The translations under genes and the position numbers were made by a program. A stretch of 52,189 bases of DNA from Candidatus Parvarchaeum sp. (GTDB lineage Archaea; Nanobdellota; Nanobdellia; Parvarchaeales; Parvarchaeaceae). The stretch is from the NCBI GenBank assembly GCA_049965555.1, contig JBMFWF010000006.1, forward strand, positions 1-52,189. Direction: 5' to 3'. The notes under the pieces are model-generated. The model had not been told where the DNA came from, made no database searches, and worked only from the letters and a program-made list of their open reading frames with translations. Positions 9,255 through 19,168 of this stretch are shown piece after piece; within the stretch, counting starts at the first letter, position 1; each line of letters starts with the position of its first letter.

Positions 9255-10171
9255 AAACAGTAACTATAATAGGCGGAAGCGGAGCAAGAAACACATTGAA
9301 AGCACTTAGAAAGATAAAGAACATAAAAATAAACAACATAGTGACTATGTTTGATTCAGGGGGCTCTACAGGTTACTTAAGGAAAAAGTTTGGTATATAT
9401 GCTCTGGGAGATTTAAGAGACAGGATACTTGCAGTTTCAGAAAATGAGGCTTTAAGGGATATAGGCTCACAGAGAATAGAGATGGAAGGAATAAACCACA
9501 ATGTCGGGAATCTACTGCTCTACAGTTTAGTAAAAGAATACGATAAAAATTATTTGGATGTTGCCAAAAGCATATTCAAGACCCCTAAAAACATAGACTT
9601 TATCCCTATTGTTGATGATATAAAATGCTCCGCAAATCTTGTCATAAAAACCGATAAAGGGGATTTAATAGGAGAAGACAGTCTTGACATAAATTCAAAC
9701 AAAGAACTAAAGATAAAAGATGTAAAACTTGATAAAAAAGTTACTATAAGCAAGTCTGCAGCAGAGTCTATATTGAAATCCGATTTCCTTATATTCGGCC
9801 CTGGAGATGTGTATTCATCAATTCTACCTAATACTTTGGTGGACGGCTTTGATGATACAATTGCAAAATCAAAAGCGAAGAAAATACTTATAGTAAACAT
9901 AATGAACAAAAAATCGGAAACCAATGGATTTAAGGCCTCCGATTTTGTAAAGATTTTTGAGGACAGAGGAATAAAGATAGACTACATATTTGTAAACAAT
10001 AGGGTTATGCCAATAAAGAATATAAAAGGAAAGTATGGGAATTTTTCGGGCTGGGTAGAAAATGACATTCTGGGTAAAAATGTAATATCCGGAGATTTTA
10101 TAAATGAAAGCATACCATACGAACATGATCCGGAGAAAATACTACTTTCATTAAAGCGAATTATAAGATAA
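9251..10171 (+). CDS. YvcK/UPF0052 (CofD-like) protein
   Basis: IGGSG, DSGGSTGYLR, GDLR, HNVGNL, GPGDVYSSILPN and HDP motifs. Confidence 0.85.
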   Translation: MKTVTIIGGSGARNTLKALRKIKNIKINNIVTMFDSGGSTGYLRKKFGIYALGDLRDRILAVSENEALRDIGSQRIEMEGINHNVGNLLLYSLVKEYDKNYLDVAKSIFKTPKNIDFIPIVDDIKCSANLVIKTDKGDLIGEDSLDINSNKELKIKDVKLDKKVTISKSAAESILKSDFLIFGPGDVYSSILPNTLVDGFDDTIAKSKAKKILIVNIMNKKSETNGFKASDFVKIFEDRGIKIDYIFVNNRVMPIKNIKGKYGNFSGWVENDILGKNVISGDFINESIPYEHDPEKILLSLKRIIR

Positions 10172-10215
10172 AAGTGAGTTATTAAGCTTATTAACTCTGG
10201 AATTTAGCTATTTAT

Positions 10216-10725
10216 ATGGCAATAAGTGTTTATGTCTTTAAAGAAGGAAATTATTACAGAAACCTATATGATATAATAGAAGATAACAAAGAAAAGGCAA
10301 TTATAATAATTACGACAAACAAACCAGCAAATATGATTTTAAATGAAATAAAACAGGAGAAAATAAAGGTACAAAACATCTTCTTTATAGACACAATATC
10401 AAAATATTTGGGAAAAACAGATATTAATCAAAATGATAATGTAGTGTATATCGACGATCCGGCTAACTTAACTGAAATCGGGATAGTAGCTAAAATAAGC
10501 ATAGAAAAAATAAAAGGAAAGAAAATGCTCATATTTGATTCATTGACAACCTTGTCTCTTTATAATTCATCTAAAAACTTAGTCAGATTTTATAATTTCT
10601 TCTTTCAGCTATCAAGATTAAACCAGATAGAGACAATAGTTATAGCTTTAGAATCAGATATTGACAAAGAAGTATTAAATAATATAAATGGCCTAGTTGA
10701 CGAGGTAAAGACATATGGCAAATAA
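10216..10725 (+). CDS. Degenerate RecA/KaiC-like (DUF835-like) domain protein
   Basis: FFIDTIS, PANLTEI, LIFDSLTTLSLYN and terminal LVDEV patterns; no Walker A motif. Confidence 0.6.
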   Translation: MAISVYVFKEGNYYRNLYDIIEDNKEKAIIIITTNKPANMILNEIKQEKIKVQNIFFIDTISKYLGKTDINQNDNVVYIDDPANLTEIGIVAKISIEKIKGKKMLIFDSLTTLSLYNSSKNLVRFYNFFFQLSRLNQIETIVIALESDIDKEVLNNINGLVDEVKTYGK

Positions 10726-11092
10726 TCTAATAGCCATCCTTATAGTGTCATTTATAGTGCTTGCAATACAGATATTCTCATCCTTCGTTGCCTATGACAT
10801 ATACAAATTTAACAGAAATAGGAAAGGCTGGATAGGAGTTATACTTGGAAATGCATTTATTGCCTCGCAAGACTTCATAGTTATTTTATACCTTAGATAC
10901 TCAGATATAAACAGTTTAAATATAATATCCGGATTCGCATTCATATTGCTTCCCTTAGCGATATCCATATTTTTGCTAATAGGTTTCTTAAGCATGAGAA
11001 ATAGCTTTGTAAAATTCGATTTGCTAAGCCAAGAAACGCTCTCAAAAATCAGCAAAGTCAATAAAAAACAAAAAAGAAATAAAATTAAATAA
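10715..11092 (+). CDS. Small 3-TM membrane protein
   Basis: Three hydrophobic segments and a basic tail; overlaps the upstream gene. Confidence 0.65.
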   Translation: MANNLIAILIVSFIVLAIQIFSSFVAYDIYKFNRNRKGWIGVILGNAFIASQDFIVILYLRYSDINSLNIISGFAFILLPLAISIFLLIGFLSMRNSFVKFDLLSQETLSKISKVNKKQKRNKIK

Positions 11093-11175
11093 ATAGCAAT
11101 GACAAATATAAAAAAGCACTCTTTAATTAGAACTTGTATAATTGTAGATTAAATAAATAGATTTAGCGGTTTAAA

Positions 11176-12195
11176 TTAAACCTTGCTGGCGATTTCCTTT
11201 CCGACTTCAGAGCATTTTGCTGTTCCGCCTAAATCATATGTCAGCACTTTTCCTTCTTCAAGAACCTTATAAACGGCATTTTCTACAGCTTTCCCGGCAT
11301 CTTTGTAACCCATCCAATCAAGCATCATTTTAACTGACATTATGGTTCCTATTGGGTTGACCTTATCCATCCCAGTATACTTGGGAACAGAGCCGTGTAT
11401 TGGCTCAAACATTGCGTATCTTTCTCCAATATTTGCAGACGCGCCCGTACCTATCCCTCCAACAATCATCGCGGCCTCATCTGATATTATGTCCCCAAAG
11501 AGGTTTTCTGTAACTAAGACATCATAAAATTCGGGTTGCTTTATAAACCACTGAGTTATCGCATCGACGTGTGCATCATCTGCCTTAACATTAGGGTGTT
11601 TCTTTGCTTCTTCATAGAATATATCTTTGAACATGCCATCAGAGACCTTAAGGACGTTGCCCTTGTGGACTAATGTAACGTGTTTTTTTCTGCTTTCTGC
11701 CAATTCAAACGCGTATTTTACTATTCTTTCGCACGCCTTTCTTGTTATTACTCTTATCCCTATCGTTGTTTCCTGATTTACTCTAAAATCCAAGCCAGAG
11801 TACATTCCTTCTGTGTTTTCTCTCACTATAACCATATCAACATTGGGCTTGATACTTGGAACATTGGGTAAAGTTTTATTTGGCCTTACATCTGCGTATA
11901 GATCAAAATATTTCCTTATTCCGACGTTTGCACTTGGCAATGAATTAGCACCCTCTGGAGTAGTAGTTGGTCCTTTCAGTACACAATCTGTTTTTTTAAG
12001 TAGCTCAAGTGTTTCCTTTGGGAGGTTAGTACCATATTTGTCTACACAATTTAATCCCGCCTCTGCAGGCACATATTCAATGTCAAGATTGAACTTATTC
12101 TTTATGGCATCCATTACAAGAATAGCAGCATTTACAACGTCAGGCCCTACTCCATCTCCCTTTATAATTGCCACTCTCCATTTCTTATTTTCCAT
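11176..12195 (-). CDS. icd: Isocitrate/isopropylmalate dehydrogenase family, probably isocitrate dehydrogenase
   Basis: GDGVGP, RENTEGMY, HKGNV, NLFGDIISD and EPIHGS motifs; overlaps the aconitase gene. Confidence 0.8.
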   Translation of the reverse strand: MENKKWRVAIIKGDGVGPDVVNAAILVMDAIKNKFNLDIEYVPAEAGLNCVDKYGTNLPKETLELLKKTDCVLKGPTTTPEGANSLPSANVGIRKYFDLYADVRPNKTLPNVPSIKPNVDMVIVRENTEGMYSGLDFRVNQETTIGIRVITRKACERIVKYAFELAESRKKHVTLVHKGNVLKVSDGMFKDIFYEEAKKHPNVKADDAHVDAITQWFIKQPEFYDVLVTENLFGDIISDEAAMIVGGIGTGASANIGERYAMFEPIHGSVPKYTGMDKVNPIGTIMSVKMMLDWMGYKDAGKAVENAVYKVLEEGKVLTYDLGGTAKCSEVGKEIASKV

Positions 12196-14950
12196 CTTTC
12201 AGCATCCTCCTTATAACATAATTCAATACTCCTTTGTCTCTGTAATAATCAAGTTCTATATCAGAATCGATTCTTGCAATAACTTCTGTTTCTTTTCTAT
12301 TTCCATCTTGTGTATAATAAACCATTTTTAACTGATCCCTCGGCTTAAAAGTGTTAGGTATCTCTATGCTTACTGGCTTTGAAAAATCTATTTTAAGAGA
12401 GAAAGCATCTTCTCCCTGTTTAAACTGTAATGGAAGAACGCCCATTCCTACAAGATTGCTTCGGTGTATTCTCTCGAAGCTTTTTGCCACAACCGCTTTT
12501 ACGCCAAGAAGCATAGGTCCTTTTGCAGCCCAATCTCTAGAGCTGCCGCTTCCATATTCTATGCCTGCAAAAACTATTAGGGGCGTATTGCTTTCTTTGT
12601 ATTTCATTGCAGCATCATAAATGAACATCTTCTCCTTTGAAGGCATGTAAATTGTGTAGCCTCCCTCGGTTCCTTCCACAAGCAGGTTCTTAATCCTAGT
12701 ATTTGCAAATGTACCTCTCATCATAACTTCGTGGTTTCCACGCCTAGAGCCGTAAGTATTAAAGTCCTCAAGCTTTACGCCATTTTTCAGAAGATACTCC
12801 CCTGCCGGGCTATTTTTCGGTATGCTGCCTGCTGGAGATATATGATCTGTCGAAATAGAATCACCAAAAACTGCTAGAACAGCGGCATTTTCTATTGATT
12901 TTATATCATTTTCTCTTTCAGGATCCAATTCATCAAAGAAAGGCGGTAAACGAATATATGTACTTTTATCTTCCCATTTATACAATAAGCCCGTTGCAGA
13001 TGGCAATTCATTCCAATACGGATTAACATCCTTTAGATTATCCTTGTATTTTTCCTTGAATTCTTCGGCAGACAAAACTGAGCCGACTATCTTGTTTATC
13101 TCATCATTTGATGGCCATACATCTTTGAGGTAAACCTCTTTTCCGTCATCGCCTTTTCCCAATGGCTCTTTGCTTAAATCTTTTAATATAGAACCGGCTA
13201 TCCCGAATGCTACAACTAGTGGCGGAGACATAAGATAATTGCCTTTGACTTCATTGTGTATCCTGGCTTCATAATTTCTATTACCTGATAATACACTAGC
13301 AGTCATTATACCATGCTCTTTTATCGCAGCTGAAATCTCTGGAACTAAAGGACCGCTGTTTCCTATGCATGTTGTGCAGCCGTAACCTACCAGTGAATAA
13401 CCCAATTGATCTAAGTATTTATCTAGGCCTGCCTTTTCCAGATATTCTGTAACTACCCGTGAGCCAGGTGCAAGGCTAGTCTTTACTTTACGGTTTATCT
13501 TCAACCCTTTTTGAACAGCGTTTCTTGCCAATAACCCTGCTGCTATCATGGCAACAGGATTGCTTGTGTTCGTACAACTTGTTATAGCAGATATAACTAT
13601 ATCGCCATCTGAAAAATCTTCTTCTTGTCCATCACTGAACTTTATCCTTACTTTTTTTATTTCTTTTTTATCCTTGTTGAAGTCTATTTTTTCAGGTTCT
13701 ACAATATTGCTTTCTGTTCCTAAACGGATTTCTTCTTTGCCCAACTTTTGGGCCTTGCCATCATTTATGAAAGCTTCTATGAAGGTAGAAGGCACATTGG
13801 AAAGAGGCACGGCCTGTTTTGGATTACTTGGCCCAGATACGGAAGGTTGAACACTTGACAAATCTAATTCTAGCACGCTTGAGAATTTCACTTTAGAATA
13901 ATCTAAATTAAACATCTTCTGCTCTTGATAGTATCTTTTAACCATCTCAATGTGATCTGCTCCTCTTCCAGTCTGTTTTAGATAACTCAATGTTTCATCA
14001 TCTACTGGGAAGAAGGATATAGTTGCACCATACTCCGGACACATATTCGAGATAGTGGCCCTATCCGGCAAAGACAAGTTCTTTACACCCTCTCCATAAA
14101 ACTCTATAAACCAACCGACAACGCCGATTTCCCTAAACTTCTTTGTAAGAGTAAGTGCCAAATCCATTGCAGTTACTCCTTCATTTAATTTACCTTTAAG
14201 ATGCACGCCCAGGACTTTTGGAGTAGTAAAAGAAACTGGTTGATTAAGCAATGCTGCTTCTGCCTCTATCCCCCCAACGCCAAAGCCGACGATCCCTAAA
14301 CCATCTATCATAGTAGTATGCGAATCTGTGCCGACCAAAGTATCTGGGTAAGCAACACCTGATTTGCTGTCAAGATGCACTACTTCACCAAGATACTCTA
14401 AATTGACTTGGTGGCATATGCCGGCAGAAGGGGGGAATACATTAAAAGATTTAAAAGCCTGGCTGGCCCATTTCAAAAGCTTGTATCTTTCCTTGTTCCG
14501 TTCCACTTCTTTTTCTTGGTTTATCTTAAATGAGTCTTCTGTACCGAATGAATCTATCTGGACTGAGTGATCAATTATAAGGTCCACTTTCATCAATGGC
14601 TCTACCAAAGCAGGATCCTTTCCCTTTTTAGATACATAATCTCTGATTGCTGCGATGTCAACTACTGCCGGTACACCTGTAAAATCCTGCATTAATACCC
14701 TTGAAACCTTAAAAGGAACGTCATTATCATTTGGATTTGAAGGATCCCAATTTGCAATATTCTCTACATCCTTTTCTTTGATGCTTTTCCCGTCTACATT
14801 TCTAAGCAAAGATTCCAGAACTATTCTGACAGAAAATGGCAGCATTGAAATCTTATAACCTAAGGCCTCTAATTTAGGCAGGGAATAATATTTTATCTTT
14901 CTGCCGTTTAAATCAAATTCTGATAGTGTATTTTGAAGATTTATTTCCAC
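12185..14950 (-). CDS. acnA: Aconitate hydratase A
   Basis: QDFTGVPAVVD, DHSVQ, GTDSHTTM, SCTNTSNP, GYGCTTCIGNSG, TDHISPAG and GSSRDWAAKG motifs; GTG start. Confidence 0.97.
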   Translation of the reverse strand: MEINLQNTLSEFDLNGRKIKYYSLPKLEALGYKISMLPFSVRIVLESLLRNVDGKSIKEKDVENIANWDPSNPNDNDVPFKVSRVLMQDFTGVPAVVDIAAIRDYVSKKGKDPALVEPLMKVDLIIDHSVQIDSFGTEDSFKINQEKEVERNKERYKLLKWASQAFKSFNVFPPSAGICHQVNLEYLGEVVHLDSKSGVAYPDTLVGTDSHTTMIDGLGIVGFGVGGIEAEAALLNQPVSFTTPKVLGVHLKGKLNEGVTAMDLALTLTKKFREIGVVGWFIEFYGEGVKNLSLPDRATISNMCPEYGATISFFPVDDETLSYLKQTGRGADHIEMVKRYYQEQKMFNLDYSKVKFSSVLELDLSSVQPSVSGPSNPKQAVPLSNVPSTFIEAFINDGKAQKLGKEEIRLGTESNIVEPEKIDFNKDKKEIKKVRIKFSDGQEEDFSDGDIVISAITSCTNTSNPVAMIAAGLLARNAVQKGLKINRKVKTSLAPGSRVVTEYLEKAGLDKYLDQLGYSLVGYGCTTCIGNSGPLVPEISAAIKEHGIMTASVLSGNRNYEARIHNEVKGNYLMSPPLVVAFGIAGSILKDLSKEPLGKGDDGKEVYLKDVWPSNDEINKIVGSVLSAEEFKEKYKDNLKDVNPYWNELPSATGLLYKWEDKSTYIRLPPFFDELDPERENDIKSIENAAVLAVFGDSISTDHISPAGSIPKNSPAGEYLLKNGVKLEDFNTYGSRRGNHEVMMRGTFANTRIKNLLVEGTEGGYTIYMPSKEKMFIYDAAMKYKESNTPLIVFAGIEYGSGSSRDWAAKGPMLLGVKAVVAKSFERIHRSNLVGMGVLPLQFKQGEDAFSLKIDFSKPVSIEIPNTFKPRDQLKMVYYTQDGNRKETEVIARIDSDIELDYYRDKGVLNYVIRRMLKDGK

Positions 14951-15045
14951 ATTAATTAAAAGTAATTGTTAAATTTAAAGGTTGATATAAAGAAAGTTTA
15001 AATATTCAATACAAAAATAAATGCTGCAAATTAATAAATCGCAGG

Positions 15046-16440
15046 CTAACCATTTAAATTTATGGTTATATCCTCGTAAGGGCCATTACCAAGAGTTACA
15101 TTTCCTATAACTCTAAAAGAAGAGGATAACTCTAACAGATGACCTACAGGACTGCTTCTATAAGATATGTATATATTGCCATTCGAAGCAACAGCTACAC
15201 CAGGTACTTGCAAACCGTATATATTCGGCAAAGTTATGTTATTTATAATTTTATAATTATTAGGATTTATAACAAGCAGCGAAGAATTGGGAGAATGAAC
15301 AACAGTAACATACATCAAGCCATTATTATAAGTAATTGCCTGAGGATTCGGGCCAGTTGTTATATTTTTTATATAAACATTGTTAGTGGTATTTATGACT
15401 GAGATTGTATTACTCTGCCAATTACCAACCCACATCGTATCATTTAATGGCTGCAAAAATACAGGGTAATAAAACCCAGTAATGTTCTTTATTATCTTTC
15501 CCTGTGATGGAGACACGACTACCACTTCATTTTCATCACTGGTTCCGCAGGAAGACCAACCATTTTCTGTGCTTATGTATATGTTGCCTTGTTTGGAGAT
15601 GCTCAACGTAGATATACAATTTGTTGGTATGGGGAGTATATTTTTAATAGACTTGGAGTTTATACTATAAGTTATTAAATCGGAAGAAGTACCGGTGCCA
15701 TTTAATAGATATAGATAACTGCCATTTAAACTGTAGATGCCTTGCCCGGCATTAGGTATACTAATATTATAGACTTGGTTAAAATTATACATGTTTACAA
15801 TTGAAAATGAACTAAGAGAACTCCTAAAAAGGATATCACTCCCATTTGGGGATTTCATGACAAAATAGGGGGACGGTGAGTTAAAAGATTTAACAATCGT
15901 ATTAGAAAAAGCTGAAACAACTTGTATGCCCTGTCCATTTGAAGTAAGCGCATCAACAATATAAGATTCTGGAGAAGATGCCTTGCCAGTTATATAACCA
16001 TTTGAAAAGTACGGGCCTTTTAAAATCTGGTAAGGTTCTAGATATTTTACATTGACCCTCGAAGAATAAGGAGAACCTACAGAATTAGAACAAGCCTGGG
16101 GCACTAAAAATTCGTTGGTCCCAGCAGGCATTATAACCGAGCTTTGATTGGTAACAAAAAGTTTGCCGGAAAAAGTTACATTTAACTGAGTTATTTCTAT
16201 AGGATAACCAATTGAATCGCCAATAACTAAAAACAACCCTTGATTAGGAATACAAGTAGCCGTCACTGAACCAAGATTACTAAACCCAGTTACAGTGGAG
16301 GATATGCTTGAAGAAGGACTGAAAATGCCCATGCTGTATAGGATTACTGCAACTATTACTATGATTAATATGGCCCATCCATAAGTCATCATGTACTCCA
16401 GAGCTGACTGCGATCTTTTGCTTTCAATAGGCTTATGCAT
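15046..16440 (-). CDS. Class III signal peptide pilin-like protein with C-terminal YVTN/YncE-type beta-propeller
   Basis: KRSQSALEYMMTYGWAIL N-terminus; repeats such as WVGNWQSNTISVINT-ITTGPNPQAIT. Confidence 0.8.
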   Translation of the reverse strand: MHKPIESKRSQSALEYMMTYGWAILIIVIVAVILYSMGIFSPSSSISSTVTGFSNLGSVTATCIPNQGLFLVIGDSIGYPIEITQLNVTFSGKLFVTNQSSVIMPAGTNEFLVPQACSNSVGSPYSSRVNVKYLEPYQILKGPYFSNGYITGKASSPESYIVDALTSNGQGIQVVSAFSNTIVKSFNSPSPYFVMKSPNGSDILFRSSLSSFSIVNMYNFNQVYNISIPNAGQGIYSLNGSYLYLLNGTGTSSDLITYSINSKSIKNILPIPTNCISTLSISKQGNIYISTENGWSSCGTSDENEVVVVSPSQGKIIKNITGFYYPVFLQPLNDTMWVGNWQSNTISVINTTNNVYIKNITTGPNPQAITYNNGLMYVTVVHSPNSSLLVINPNNYKIINNITLPNIYGLQVPGVAVASNGNIYISYRSSPVGHLLELSSSFRVIGNVTLGNGPYEDITINLNG

Positions 16441-16481
16441 ATTTATTTTACATCTTTCTGCATATAAAATAATATATACCT

Positions 16482-17072
16482 CTATTTTTCACTATTGTCA
16501 GTACTTTTACTAACTAGGGTTTTAACAGTATCAACATCGCTTTTTTCATTAGAATTTGAAGCGGCATTTTTATTAGGTTGATTTGTGACATTTTCATTTT
16601 TATTTTGAGGCTGGCCTGCCTTTTGGAATTTTATTATATCATACTCTTCTTCATAAGGCTTAACTAGTTTTTCATATACTTCTCTTAGTTGAAAAGGCAT
16701 GTAAACCAAGTCTTTCCTTTTGTCCGTAGAGATGTCATATTTATGCGTATGATGAAGCACTTTAGGGGGGCAGATTTCACTGCATAAGCCGCAGAATATG
16801 CACTTATTAAAATCTATAGCTGGAGCTTCGCTCCTTGCATTTGTATGGAACCCTGCTTCTTTAAAGTCAACTTTCTGCATCCTTATTGCATCTGAGGGGC
16901 AAATTTTAAAACAAAGCTCGCAGCCTATGCAGTTTTCTAAATCTAAACTCAGCATCCCTCTGCTTCTCTTTTGTATAGGCAAGGGCTTATCTGGATAGGG
17001 GTAGGTTGCCCTTTTCGAAACCGCTTCCTTTATACCATAACCGAATACGCTGAATGTTTCTTTTATTCCCAT
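16482..17072 (-). CDS. nuoI: NADH-quinone oxidoreductase subunit I
   Basis: TYPYP, CIGCELCFKICP and CIFCGLCSEICP (two 4Fe-4S sites); Asn/Ser-rich tail. Confidence 0.92.
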   Translation of the reverse strand: MGIKETFSVFGYGIKEAVSKRATYPYPDKPLPIQKRSRGMLSLDLENCIGCELCFKICPSDAIRMQKVDFKEAGFHTNARSEAPAIDFNKCIFCGLCSEICPPKVLHHTHKYDISTDKRKDLVYMPFQLREVYEKLVKPYEEEYDIIKFQKAGQPQNKNENVTNQPNKNAASNSNEKSDVDTVKTLVSKSTDNSEK

Positions 17073-18070
17073 TATAACACCACCAAAAGCTCAACCAATA
17101 TTAAGTTAAGCACAGCCAACGGCAAAAGCCAGTTCCAACCGAATTTTATAAGCTGGTCAATCCTTGGCCTTCCCAAAACCCACCTAGGGGTCAATATAAT
17201 CATTAAGACAATTGCAGTTTTTATTATAAACCAGATTATGCCGGATATAAATGGGCCGTTCCACCCTCCTAAGAAAAGGTAAGTTACAAGCATTGCAATT
17301 ACTGTCACCCTTACGTAATCGCCGATTAAAAAGAAGCCGTATCTGATTCCGCTATACTCTACTTTCCAACCAGCTTGCAATTCCTGCGAAGCCTCTGGCA
17401 CATCGAATGGCTCTCTTTCTATTATCGCCAAGCCGGCAATTATAAAAACTACTAGTGTAACGGGAAGATAAGCTGCATACCAAATCGATGATTGTGCACT
17501 AACTATTGAAGTAATGCTGTAGCTACCTGAAAGCAATGCAACGCTAGACAAAACAATTATCAACGCAAGTTCATAGCTTATTATCTGCGCCGCCCCTCTA
17601 AATCCTCCTATAAGTGCATACTTGTTGTTTTCTCCCCATCCTGCGACCAATAGAAGCAGCGGAGAGATAGCTAATAAAGTATAGATAAAGAGTAAGGAAT
17701 AAGGTATTGATATAAACTCCAAACCTGGCCCGCCCAAAGGTATTATCAATAACATCGCAAAAGAAGCAGTAGCCAAAGCTATCGGTGTAAAATTAAAAGA
17801 CAGCCAGTCAATATTCGTGGATATGAAGCGCTTTCCAAGCATCTTAGTCAGATCGGCAAAGTTCTGCAAAAGACCGAAAGGCCCGACATAAACCGGACCA
17901 TACCTTGATTCTATCCTTGCAGCGTATTTTCTGTCAACCCATCCTATAAACACTGGGATCAAAGCAGTCACTATAACCGCTAAAATGGCGATTATTATGA
18001 AACTTATTATGTATGATAAAGGAGAGAATACAAAAGAGGAAACAATCGAATAAACATAATCGAATATCAT
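17072..18070 (-). CDS. nuoH: NADH-quinone oxidoreductase subunit H
   Basis: RYGP-VGPFGLLQNFAD, NKYALIGGFRGAAQIISYE, PFDVPEA-EL and PRIDQL motifs. Confidence 0.95.
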   Translation of the reverse strand: MIFDYVYSIVSSFVFSPLSYIISFIIIAILAVIVTALIPVFIGWVDRKYAARIESRYGPVYVGPFGLLQNFADLTKMLGKRFISTNIDWLSFNFTPIALATASFAMLLIIPLGGPGLEFISIPYSLLFIYTLLAISPLLLLVAGWGENNKYALIGGFRGAAQIISYELALIIVLSSVALLSGSYSITSIVSAQSSIWYAAYLPVTLVVFIIAGLAIIEREPFDVPEASQELQAGWKVEYSGIRYGFFLIGDYVRVTVIAMLVTYLFLGGWNGPFISGIIWFIIKTAIVLMIILTPRWVLGRPRIDQLIKFGWNWLLPLAVLNLILVELLVVL

Positions 18071-19167
18071 CTGTCAACCTCCCCCATCACAGGGTCCATG
18101 CTTGCTACTATAACAAATGCGTCTGCCACCCTTATGTTAACAAGCAATTCCTCCAGAGCATGTATTGCAAAGAAAGTAGGGCTTCTTAATTTCAACCTAT
18201 AAGGTTTGTCTCCGCCGTCCGTTACCAAGAAGATGCCCATCTCTCCCCTAGAACTTTCTTGTTTTATGAACGTGTCTCTCTTTGGTATACGCAGTATCCA
18301 AGGAACTGCAGCCTTGTACGGGCCGGAGGGCAGATCCTTAATGCATTGCCTTATTATCTTTATAGATTCAAGTATCTCCCTGACCCTTACAACGAATCTA
18401 GAGTATGTATCTCCTTCTTTCTCAGTAGGTATATCAAAATCTACTTTGTCATATGCAAGATATGGAGAAACTTTCCTTAGATCCCTGTCTATACCTGACG
18501 CCCTCGCAATAGGCCCAGTTATACCATATTTCTTTATCATGTCCTTTGTCATTACCCCTATGCCTTTTGTCCTTGAAAGAAATATTAGGTTTTTAGTAAA
18601 CATTGCATTATATTCGTGGTTTACCTTGTTTTCTATTTTTGACAATGTACTTAATATCTCATCTTCTATTCCTTGTGGAAAATCATAGAACATCCCTCCA
18701 TTGCACATATACATTGGAGCAAGCCTTCCTCCGCTTATCTTTTCAACTATATTCATCAAAAGCTCCCTTTCTCTAAGCGCCCAAATAAAGCCGGTCATGT
18801 TTCCGATGTCTTCACCAAAGCTGCCGATAAAAACAAGGTGGCTCATTATCCTCTGTATTTCAGCCATTATGGTCCTCATGTAAACCGCTCTTTGGGGTAT
18901 TTCTATATTAGCCGCTTTCTCGACTACTGAAGCATATAATATCTCCATGTTAAGGGCCGATACGTAATCAAGCTTGTCCATTATGGGGTAATAATTTGCA
19001 AAGTATCTCATCTCAGCAATTTTCTCGCTGGCCCTATGAAGAAAACCTATCTCAGTCTGTGCTTTTATTATTGTATCGCCTTTTATATCTAGTATCAGTT
19101 TAAGTACCCCGTGCATTGCAGGGTGTACAGGACCGATGTTTAACCTTATACTGTTTTCCTTTTCCAT
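18067..19167 (-). CDS. nuoD: NADH-quinone oxidoreductase subunit D
   Basis: NIGPVHPAMHGVL, GFLHRASEK, LDY and terminal GEVDR; no NiFe CxxC motifs. Confidence 0.95.
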   Translation of the reverse strand: MEKENSIRLNIGPVHPAMHGVLKLILDIKGDTIIKAQTEIGFLHRASEKIAEMRYFANYYPIMDKLDYVSALNMEILYASVVEKAANIEIPQRAVYMRTIMAEIQRIMSHLVFIGSFGEDIGNMTGFIWALRERELLMNIVEKISGGRLAPMYMCNGGMFYDFPQGIEDEILSTLSKIENKVNHEYNAMFTKNLIFLSRTKGIGVMTKDMIKKYGITGPIARASGIDRDLRKVSPYLAYDKVDFDIPTEKEGDTYSRFVVRVREILESIKIIRQCIKDLPSGPYKAAVPWILRIPKRDTFIKQESSRGEMGIFLVTDGGDKPYRLKLRSPTFFAIHALEELLVNIRVADAFVIVASMDPVMGEVDR

Positions 19168-19168
19168 A

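Noticed and set aside
17141-17150. 10-nt match (GAATTTTATA) in nuoH to the putative guide seed
   Set aside because: Short and AT-rich with no extension; expected by chance in this composition.
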